IMG/VR virus record: IMGVR_UViG_2713896782_000021
Length of the DNA: 8,264 bases
Source: a virus
Taxonomy: Duplodnaviria > Heunggongvirae > Uroviricota > Caudoviricetes
Strand: one strand, 5' to 3'
Position numbers and translations under genes: made by a program. The notes under the pieces were generated by a model. The model made no database searches. It worked only from the letters and a program-made list of their open reading frames with translations, and was not told where the DNA came from. This document shows positions 1 through 5,627 of this stretch, one piece after another. The number at the start of each line of letters is the position of its first letter. Within the stretch, counting starts at the first letter, position 1.

Positions 1-148
1 CAGGAGAGCGCGCTGGCGTGCTGGGGAATCGACAGATAAGCAGAATATTTTGCTGAAAAATGACGTTGGCCAGCGCGGGCGGATAACACGAAATCCTGCG
101 AACTGGCAAAATGTAAGTGAATAAAGTTAGGCAGATTATTTCACGCAG

Positions 149-180
149 AGGCACCGTAATGGTGCCTTTGTCATTTCTGC
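149..180 (+). terminator. Candidate intrinsic terminator (hairpin plus U-rich tail)
   Basis: Perfect 7-bp stem AGGCACC (149-155), loop GTAAT, GGTGCCT (161-167), followed by TTGTCATTTCTG. The tail is only moderately T-rich, so this could be a tR'-like terminator after an upstream gene or just a stabilising hairpin. Confidence 0.3.
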
Positions 181-312
181 GCTTCGCACAAGCGTAAATA
201 AACCAAAGAACCTTTCAGGATGAGCCCTGGTGGATAACCGGCAGTGGTCTGGTTAACCCTCTTTGGGCTGGTTATTCCTGTGCGCAGGGTTCATCACTAA
301 AAGGAATCAACC

Positions 313-1008
313 ATGAAAGAGATGATTTCTGTCGATCATGAAATATCCATGAGTAGTCTGGATTTTCTGAATAACATTATTAATCCAGCCCGGGCAGAAG
401 CCGGAGAAGTCCCTCATGAACCGCGTAAGTTTCTTGCAAAAATTGAGGATGAGCTAGAGCTTGATGGAACCGGAAAAAAATTCCGGTTAAACAATAACCA
501 GACAAGAACGGCATACTATGATCTGGATTTTGACCAGATGATGCTCGTTGGCATGAGGGAGTCAAAGGCCGTTCGTCGTTCTGTGCTGGCAAGACTCAAA
601 GCGATGCATGGTATTCAGATCCCCCGGACTTTACCTGAGGCGTTGCGATTTGCGGCAAAACTGGCTGAACAGAAAGCAGTGCTGGAAAATCAACTGGCAA
701 TAGCAGCGCCGAAGGCTGAATTTGTTGATAACTATGTTGAAGCATCTGGTCTGATGGGATTCCGGGAAGTTGCTAAGTTACTCGGTATCAAAGAAACCGA
801 TTTCCGGCTGTTTTTGTTGGAGAACGGAATAATGTATCGCCTCGCTGGAAAAATGACGCCTTACTCGCATCACCTGGATGCGGGGCGGTTTAGCGTGAAA
901 ACGGGCGAGGCGGGCAATGGTCATGCTTTTACGCAGGTTAAATTCACCCCAAAAGGTGTTCAGTGGATTGCTGGTCTGCTTGCTGCATGGAGAGCTACCG
1001 CAGCATGA
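313..1008 (+). CDS. Phage antirepressor (AntA-like N-terminal domain + KilA-C / ANT C-terminal domain), 231 aa
   Basis: ATG at 313 with AAGGA 7 nt upstream. The C-terminal half (ALRFAAKLAEQKAVLENQLAIAAPKAEFVDNYVEASGLMGFREVAKLLGI...FTQVKFTPKGVQWIAGLL) matches the KilA-C antirepressor domain pattern as I recall it; the N-terminal half (YYDLDFDQMMLVGMRESKAVRRSVL) resembles AntA-type DNA-binding domains. Family assignment is from memory, not a search. Confidence 0.8.
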   Translation: MKEMISVDHEISMSSLDFLNNIINPARAEAGEVPHEPRKFLAKIEDELELDGTGKKFRLNNNQTRTAYYDLDFDQMMLVGMRESKAVRRSVLARLKAMHGIQIPRTLPEALRFAAKLAEQKAVLENQLAIAAPKAEFVDNYVEASGLMGFREVAKLLGIKETDFRLFLLENGIMYRLAGKMTPYSHHLDAGRFSVKTGEAGNGHAFTQVKFTPKGVQWIAGLLAAWRATAA

Positions 1009-1100
1009 AGATGATAAAAACGGACTGGAAATTTTTGCTGGTCTGGCTGATTCCGTTTTTATGGGTGGTTGCCCGGTTAATTACTGCTATTAAGGGGTAA
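1005..1100 (+). CDS. Hypothetical 31-aa single-helix membrane micropeptide (MKMIKTDWKFLLVWLIPFLWVVARLITAIKG)
   Basis: ATG overlaps the antirepressor stop in an ATGA arrangement (translational coupling), and the stop at 1098-1100 sits 2 nt before the next start. One strongly hydrophobic helix. Below the length cutoff of the ORF track; found by manual translation. No independent SD. Confidence 0.3.
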   Translation: MKMIKTDWKFLLVWLIPFLWVVARLITAIKG

Positions 1101-1102
1101 AG

Positions 1103-1234
1103 ATGTCAGACAAACTCATAATGCTGGCGAAGGGCCTTTGTGTAATCGTCGGTATTTCATTTTCACTAATGCTGGTTGTTCTTTTTCTTTCCATAACCTG
1201 GATGGCGTTGACTTCGGCAGGGCTGGTGGGGTGA
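1103..1234 (+). CDS. Hypothetical 43-aa single-helix membrane micropeptide (MSDKLIMLAKGLCVIVGISFSLMLVVLFLSITWMALTSAGLVG)
   Basis: Strong SD AAGGGG (1092-1097) 5 nt upstream of ATG 1103. One hydrophobic helix. Stop at 1232-1234 lies 11 nt before the Rz start. Found by manual translation. Confidence 0.45.
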   Translation: MSDKLIMLAKGLCVIVGISFSLMLVVLFLSITWMALTSAGLVG

Positions 1235-1245
1235 GCATAAACCGA

Positions 1246-1650
1246 ATGCTTTCCGCGTTNNNNNNNNNNNNNNNNNNNNNNNNNNNNNNNNNNNNNNNNN
1301 NNNNNNNNNCCGTTATTCTGCTGGTGGTCTGTGGTGCGCTTAGTCTGGGGCTGAATCATTACCGCGATAACGTCATCACCTACAAAGCGCAGCGCGATAA
1401 AAAAGCCAGAGAGCTGGAGCTGGCAAACGCAACCATTACTGATATGCAGGTGCGCCAGCGCGATGTTGCTGCGCTCGATGCAAAATACTCGAGGGAATTA
1501 GCCGATGCGAGAGCTGAAAATGAANNNNNNNNNNNNNNNNNNNNNNNNNNNNNNNNNNNNNNNNNNNNNNNNNNNNNNNNNNNNNNNNNNNNNNNNNNNN
1601 NNNNNNNNNNNNNGGCACAGGACTATATCCGCACTCAGTGCCTGAACTAA
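1246..1650 (+). CDS. Rz: Rz-family i-spanin (inner-membrane spanin subunit), about 134 aa; sequence interrupted by two N-masked runs
   Basis: The readable segment ([71 protein letters not shown]) is near-collinear with lambda Rz as I recall it ([57 protein letters not shown]). Start assigned to the in-frame ATG at 1246 just before the first N-run; the exact start is uncertain. C-terminus ...[11 protein letters not shown], stop at 1648-1650. Confidence 0.85.
   Translation: MLSAXXXXXXXXXXXXXXXXXXVILLVVCGALSLGLNHYRDNVITYKAQRDKKARELELANATITDMQVRQRDVAALDAKYSRELADARAENEXXXXXXXXXXXXXXXXXXXXXXXXXXXXXXAQDYIRTQCLN
1260..1309. other. Run of 50 ambiguous bases (N) inside the Rz 5' region
   Basis: Literal n characters in the sequence; the content cannot be known. 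Hides the Rz N-terminal/TM region. Confidence 1.
1525..1613. other. Run of 89 ambiguous bases (N) inside the Rz 3' region
   Basis: Literal n characters; hides about 30 codons of Rz and the region where an embedded Rz1 o-spanin would be expected. Confidence 1.
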
Positions 1651-1951
1651 GTTTTGCTGATGCGCCGTATCGTCGCTGTATTCCCTCATTAACAGAGACC
1701 GCAGCCCGACAGGGAGACTCCTCTGCGCGAGTGTGCGGGGAGAATCAAAAACGATACGCACCGGGGTTTACCGCGTTAACGGAGCGCGGCGTTGTCCCCT
1801 CATGGTCGCTGGTTCGGTGCGATGGTGGAAGAAACCGGACGATGTGTTACCTCGCAAGACCTGTTATGTCATGTGTCTGATTTGTGATTTAAGTCGGATA
1901 ATTGTCGTTGCCATTAAGCAGAGGATTGATGGCCGACAGGGTGGCATTGTT

Positions 1952-1968
1952 AGAATAAGACTTATTCT
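1952..1968. promoter_or_regulatory. 17-bp perfect palindrome AGAATAAG-a-CTTATTCT, candidate operator about 15 bp upstream of the lipoprotein gene
   Basis: Reverse complement of 1961-1968 equals 1952-1959. Overlaps a weak candidate promoter (TTGATG 1926-1931, 19-bp spacer, TAGAAT 1951-1956). AT-rich dyad with a Fur-box-like flavour (about 12/19 to the consensus by eye); that resemblance is weak. Confidence 0.3.
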
Positions 1969-1982
1969 TATCTGTGCCGGGA

Positions 1983-2315
1983 ATGAAAATGAAAAGAAAT
2001 CTTCCGTTAATTATTTTGTTGTCTTCTCTGGTTATGGGCTGTACGCAACATAAAACAGATATGCCCCGACAGTTGGTTAAGGCATTACCACAATATCCGG
2101 CCTATGCAGCGGCAAATTATATAAAGGGACGGGTTGATGTGAAGTTTGATATTGGTGCTGATGGTACTGTCACCCGAATTGAGTTTATCCGTTCAGAGCC
2201 GCACCATCTGTTTGATGAGCAGGTTGTAAAGGCGATGGCAAAATGGCGATTTGAGAAGGACAGGCCGCGTAAAGGCGTGAAGAAAACGTTTATCTTTAGT
2301 CCTTCTGCACCCTGA
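1983..2315 (+). CDS. Lipoprotein consisting of a TonB C-terminal domain (TonB_C-like moron protein), about 110 aa
   Basis: Signal peptide MKMKRNLPLIILLSSLVMG followed by Cys (lipobox-like VMGC), with Thr at +2. The mature part aligns with the E. coli TonB C-terminal domain from memory: ours PQYPAYAAANYIKGRVDVKFDIGADGTVTRIEFIRSEPHHLFDEQVVKAMAKWRFE versus TonB [56 protein letters not shown]. No TonB N-terminal TM helix and no Pro-rich spacer. Alternative start ATG 1989 has better SD spacing (GGGA 1979-1982). Confidence 0.8.
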   Translation: MKMKRNLPLIILLSSLVMGCTQHKTDMPRQLVKALPQYPAYAAANYIKGRVDVKFDIGADGTVTRIEFIRSEPHHLFDEQVVKAMAKWRFEKDRPRKGVKKTFIFSPSAP

Positions 2316-2446
2316 TTATTTCATCAGAAATTAATTATCACTCTGTTGTTATTCTGTACATTCCGGCTGGGTAAGTCTTGTTCCGCCGGGTATGAAGATG
2401 AAATATTGTTGGAGGACAGTGGGTACCTGCTCCTGTAACCGAACGT

Positions 2447-2647
2447 TCATTTCTCGTTATTTGTCATGCTGGCCGGACGCAGATGCGTTGCATCTGTTGC
2501 CAGCCTTCTCCTGCAGGCTTCAATAACCCACGCTGAAAAGTTACCGGAACCTTTATGTTCAAGGGCGATATTGATCTGTTCAATCATGTGATTGGGGAAA
2601 CGGATATTGCGGGTTGTGGTTCTGCGGGTCCGGTTTTTCGATGACAT
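2447..2647 (-). CDS. Small basic ribbon-helix-helix-like protein (resembles YlcI / DUF3950-type prophage proteins), 66 aa
   Basis: Start chosen at the internal Met (MSSKNRTRRTTTRNIRFPNHMIEQINIALEHKGSGNFSAWVIEACRRRL...) because the - strand carries AAGGAA 7 nt upstream of that ATG. Basic N-tail, then a beta-strand-like RNIRFP and two helices, suggesting an RHH fold. Similarity to YlcI/DUF3950 is from memory and unverified. Confidence 0.65.
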   Translation of the reverse strand: MSSKNRTRRTTTRNIRFPNHMIEQINIALEHKGSGNFSAWVIEACRRRLATDATHLRPASMTNNEK

Positions 2648-2688
2648 ATTTATTTCCTTTACTGATTGCCATATGACGGGGATTTTAC

Positions 2689-3054
2689 ATGGCTGAGCTT
2701 CGTACACTCCAGAGCAGAATCAAAACACTGAATACCCGACGGGTGAATATTCTGAAGGGTGAACAGCGTCGTGTCAGTGGCAGTGCACGTGTTTCCCTCA
2801 AGCGTCATATCTGGCTCAGGGATGCCGGGCAGTGCTGTCTCTGTGGTCGTGTGGTTGACCTCTGTGACAGTGAACTCGATCACCGAATTGCACTTCAGTT
2901 CGGTGGTGGTAATGAGGAGACGAATCTCTGGACGCTCTGTACCGAATGCCATCGACAAAAGTCTGCTCGTGAAGCGGCGGGTGGTATGCCGGACCCGACG
3001 CTGCCGGAGGTGTCCGGAGGTAGTGGCAGAGCGGACGACATCATCGGACTGTAA
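2689..3054 (+). CDS. HNH endonuclease (terminase-associated), 121 aa
   Basis: SD GGGGA 6 nt upstream of ATG 2689. Motifs CCLCG (CxxC)...ELDHRIALQFGGGNEETNLWTLCTECH give a His-Asn-His core with a second Cys pair (CxxCH), the classic HNH zinc-finger nuclease. It sits immediately upstream of the cos-like region and terS, the usual position in HK97-like cos phages. Confidence 0.85.
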   Translation: MAELRTLQSRIKTLNTRRVNILKGEQRRVSGSARVSLKRHIWLRDAGQCCLCGRVVDLCDSELDHRIALQFGGGNEETNLWTLCTECHRQKSAREAAGGMPDPTLPEVSGGSGRADDIIGL

Positions 3055-3057
3055 CCC

Positions 3058-3116
3058 GAGCGGGGGGGTATCATCCGGCGTAAAAAACGATCGCTCCGGA
3101 CACCGCGCCCCCTCTC
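3058..3116. repeat. Imperfect inverted repeat GAGCGGGGG ... CCCCCTCTC flanking about 41 bp (candidate cosN-type symmetric element)
   Basis: 3058-3066 GAGCGGGGG versus reverse complement of 3108-3116 (GAGAGGGGG), 8/9 match. Located between the HNH stop and terS. Assignment as cosN is inference only. Confidence 0.25.
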
Positions 3117-3144
3117 ACGCAGAGAAAAAATTCCCGTTTCAGGG

Positions 3145-3271
3145 CAGTTAACATGTTAACTGGCTGCCCGGGCATTTTTGCGGTTTTTATCTTTATTATT
3201 CAGTTTGTTGTGCGGAAAAAATGTTAACAGGCTTTTTCAGCAAATGTTAACCAGGCAGCAGTTAACATTTG
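3145..3271. repeat. Cluster of GTTAAC-AT palindromic motifs (candidate cosB / TerS-binding or regulator sites)
   Basis: 18-bp perfect palindrome CAGTTAACATGTTAACTG (3145-3162); ATGTTAAC at 3221-3228; 11-bp inverted arms CAAATGTTAAC (3241-3251) and GTTAACATTTG (3261-3271) separated by 9 bp. Five GTTAAC hexamers in about 125 bp immediately upstream of terS. Confidence 0.6.
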
Positions 3272-3342
3272 CGGCATGAGACGCCGGGAAAAATGGGCTG
3301 AACCATACCCGGCTGAGTGCGTTCTGGACCCGGGAGGAGGCT

Positions 3343-3906
3343 GTGCTGACAACGCAAAAACGAAAATTTGCGCTGGCGCTCATGTCCGGGAAAAACAAAA
3401 CAGCGTCAGCCCTTGCCGCCGGTTATTCGGCGAAGACAGCCAGGGTTAAAGGCTCGCAGCTGGCAAAAGATCCGGAGGTGCTTGCGTTTATAGCCCGTAA
3501 ACAGTGCGAGACGGTGGAGGTGGATGAGGTTCCTGTTTATCGGCAGAAAAAATCAGAGCCGGAGGATAAACCCCGTCGCCGTGAGGCGGCTGCAATACCA
3601 CAGCCGGACGAAACAAATCCGGAGATGCCACCGCCCGTGGTGATATCTCCTGGTATTGAGTATATGGAGGACGGTCTTCCCGATCCGGTGAAAGCGATGG
3701 GGCGTCTTCTGGTGGAGAACATTAATACCGACCCCAGGCTGGCGCTGGATGCGGCTTATAAGCTGGCGCAGTTCACGCACCACAAAAAAGGGGATGCCGG
3801 TAAAAAATCGGCAAAAGGTGACGCGGCGAAAAAAGCGGCTAACCGTTTTGCGGTGCCACCACCACCCCGCCTGGTGGTGAATAATGATAATGAGGGCAAC
3901 GGATGA
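3343..3906 (+). CDS. terS: Terminase small subunit (P27-family-like), 187 aa
   Basis: GTG start with GGGAGGAGG upstream. N-terminus MLTTQKRKFALALMSGKNKTASALAAGYSAKTARVKGSQLAKDPEVLAFIARKQ fits the conserved TerS helix-turn-helix N-terminal pattern (AGYS..tA...gs.L). Lys/Ala-rich C-tail. Stop overlaps the terL ATG (ATGA). Confidence 0.85.
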   Translation: MLTTQKRKFALALMSGKNKTASALAAGYSAKTARVKGSQLAKDPEVLAFIARKQCETVEVDEVPVYRQKKSEPEDKPRRREAAAIPQPDETNPEMPPPVVISPGIEYMEDGLPDPVKAMGRLLVENINTDPRLALDAAYKLAQFTHHKKGDAGKKSAKGDAAKKAANRFAVPPPPRLVVNNDNEGNG

Positions 3907-5564
3907 TACCTGTGTGGAGCACGGCCTGCCCGGACTGGGCAGAGCGCCTGAAAAAGGGGCTGTCGATTATTCCGGCTCCGATTTATCCGGAGCAGGCCGC
4001 ACATGCCCTGGCGATTTTTAAACAACTGCGGATTGTGGATGCACCGGGCAGCCCGACGTTCGGGGAGTCCTGCGCACAGTGGGTGTTTGACCTGGTGGCG
4101 GCCCTGTTTGGCTCCTACGATGCGCAGACCGGTGTACGCCATATCAAGGAAGTTTTTATCCTTATCCCCAAGAAAAACAGCAAGTCCACGCTGGCTGCCG
4201 GGATCATGATGACGGCGCTGTTACTGAACTGGCGGCAGGCGGCGGGCTACACCATTCTGGCCCCGACCGTGGAGGTGGCGGCTAACGCCTTCAACCCTGC
4301 CAGGGATATGGTACGACGGGACGATGATCTGGATGACCTCTGTCAGGTGCAGACACATATCCGGACCATCACCCACAGGGTGACGGACACCACCCTGAAG
4401 GTGGTGGCTGCCGATCCGAATACGGTATCCGGTATCAAGTCCGTGGGGACGCTGATTGATGAACTGTGGTTATTTGGCAAGCAGTACAAAGCGGAGGACA
4501 TGTTACGTGAAGCCATAGGCGGCCTTGCCTCCCGCCCGGAAGGGTTTGTGGTGTATACGACCACCCAGTCGAATGAGCCGCCAGCCGGGGTGTTCAGACA
4601 GAAACTGCAGTACGCCCGGGATGTCCGTGACGGCAAAATTCATGATCCGCACTTTCTGCCGGTGATTTTTGAGCATCCTCCTGAAATGGTGGAAAGCGGG
4701 GCTCACCTGCTGATGGAAAACCTCGCCATGGTTAACCCGAATCTCGGTTATTCGGTGGATGAGGCTTTTCTGTACCGGGAGTACCGTAAAGCCCGGGAGG
4801 CTGGTGAGGAAGCATTTCGTGGCTTCATGTCAAAACATGCCAATGTGGAAATTGGTCTTGCCCTGCGTTCTGACCGCTGGGCGGGTGCGGATTTCTGGGA
4901 GCAGCAGGGCAGGCGCGTCAGCCTGGACGATATCCTGCAGCGCGCTGATGTGGTGACGGTGGGGATTGACGGCGGGGGCCTGGATGATCTGCTGGGAATG
5001 TACGTGATTGGCCGTGACAGGGAAACCCGCGAATGGCTGGGCTGGGGCCATGCCTGGGCGCATGAAACCGCGGTGGTCCGACGGAAGAGCGAGGCGTCCC
5101 GGTTTCAGGATCTTGTTGCCTGTGGAGATATGACCATTGTCCGGCGTGTCGGGGATGACACGGCGGAAGTGGCGGAATATGTGCGTCGCATTCATGAGGC
5201 TGAGTTACTGGACCATATCGGTATTGACCCGTCAGGGGTGGGGCAGATTCTGGATTCACTGGCGGAAGCCGGGATCCCCGACGGAATTGTGGTGGGGATA
5301 AGCCAGGGCTGGAAACTGGGCGGGGCCATTAAAACCACCGAGCGCAAACTGGCTGAAGGGGTGCTGGTGCATGGTGACCAGCCCCTGATGGCCTGGTGTG
5401 TCGGCAATGCCCGGGTGGAGCCTAAAGGTAACGCCATTCTTATCACCAAACAGGCCAGTGGACGGGGAAAAATTGACCCGCTGATGGCGCTGTTCAATGC
5501 GGTCTCCCTGATGTCCCTTAACCCGGAACCGAAAAAGAAAGAATATGCGGTTTTTTTCATATAA
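3903..5564 (+). CDS. terL: Terminase large subunit (HK97-type ATPase plus nuclease), 553 aa
   Basis: Deviant Walker A-like LIPKKNSKSTLAAG; Walker B-like LIDELWLFG; ITTAG-like VVYTTTQSNE; MVNPNLGYSV; C-terminal RNaseH-like nuclease motifs VTVGIDGGGLDDLLG and GRGKIDPLMALFNAV. Translationally coupled to terS. Confidence 0.9.
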   Translation: MIPVWSTACPDWAERLKKGLSIIPAPIYPEQAAHALAIFKQLRIVDAPGSPTFGESCAQWVFDLVAALFGSYDAQTGVRHIKEVFILIPKKNSKSTLAAGIMMTALLLNWRQAAGYTILAPTVEVAANAFNPARDMVRRDDDLDDLCQVQTHIRTITHRVTDTTLKVVAADPNTVSGIKSVGTLIDELWLFGKQYKAEDMLREAIGGLASRPEGFVVYTTTQSNEPPAGVFRQKLQYARDVRDGKIHDPHFLPVIFEHPPEMVESGAHLLMENLAMVNPNLGYSVDEAFLYREYRKAREAGEEAFRGFMSKHANVEIGLALRSDRWAGADFWEQQGRRVSLDDILQRADVVTVGIDGGGLDDLLGMYVIGRDRETREWLGWGHAWAHETAVVRRKSEASRFQDLVACGDMTIVRRVGDDTAEVAEYVRRIHEAELLDHIGIDPSGVGQILDSLAEAGIPDGIVVGISQGWKLGGAIKTTERKLAEGVLVHGDQPLMAWCVGNARVEPKGNAILITKQASGRGKIDPLMALFNAVSLMSLNPEPKKKEYAVFFI

Positions 5565-5589
5565 CCCTGTTCACACTGTAACCATCATG

Positions 5590-5610
5590 AACCGCTGCGG
5601 CGGTTTTTTT
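5590..5610 (+). terminator. Candidate intrinsic terminator or attenuator between terL and the head genes
   Basis: Short GC stem ACCGC (5591-5595), loop TGCG, GCGGT (5600-5604), immediately followed by a T7 run then ATTTT. The stem is short (5-6 bp), so it may be a partial terminator that late antitermination reads through. Confidence 0.4.
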
Positions 5611-5627
5611 ATTTTCAGGAGGCTGAT

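Noticed and set aside
1-120. Possible 3' end of an upstream + strand gene (frames ending at 37-39 or 118-120), perhaps an endolysin
   Set aside because: Too short to assign a frame or product. The tail ...ALACWGIDR only vaguely recalls lysozyme C-termini. Left unannotated.
380-592. 70-aa - strand ORF inside the antirepressor gene
   Set aside because: Antisense to a supported CDS; no start context or motif.
1090-1761. ORFs spanning the N-masked blocks (1090-1359 -, 1138-1650 + upstream extension, 1436-1618 -, 1498-1761 -)
   Set aside because: Their apparent length comes from reading through N-runs, which cannot contain scorable stops. Only the Rz frame has homology support, and its start was placed at ATG 1246 rather than 1138.
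1974-1982. GTG 1974 as start of the lipoprotein (ORF-track start)
   Set aside because: Gives a less typical signal-peptide n-region and has no SD; ATG 1983 or 1989 fits better.
1638-2053. ORFs 1638-1880 (+) and 1733-2053 (+) in the Rz-to-lipoprotein spacer
   Set aside because: No SD-spaced start and no recognisable motifs. The first is not Pro-rich or lipobox-bearing as an Rz1 would be; the second overlaps the lipoprotein start in another frame. Treated as non-coding, likely promoter/regulatory DNA.
2648-2707. Extended N-terminus (start at 2707) for the - strand RHH-like gene
   Set aside because: The internal Met at 2647 has a properly spaced AAGGAA SD, and the extension would run into the HNH gene's start region.
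2659-3151. ORFs 2659-2958 (-) and 2759-3151 (+) overlapping the HNH gene
   Set aside because: Alternate-frame or antisense ORFs of the HNH coding region. The HNH frame has the catalytic motif and an SD-spaced ATG; these have neither.
3537-5560. Multiple - strand and off-frame ORFs within terS/terL (3537-3722, 3553-3783, 3756-4142, 4003-4209, 4343-4636, 4503-4706, 4759-4956, 4830-5195, 4918-5259, 5192-5560)
   Set aside because: All lie inside the strongly supported terS/terL frames and have Pro/Arg/His-rich junk translations, consistent with GC-rich antisense or alternate-frame artefacts.
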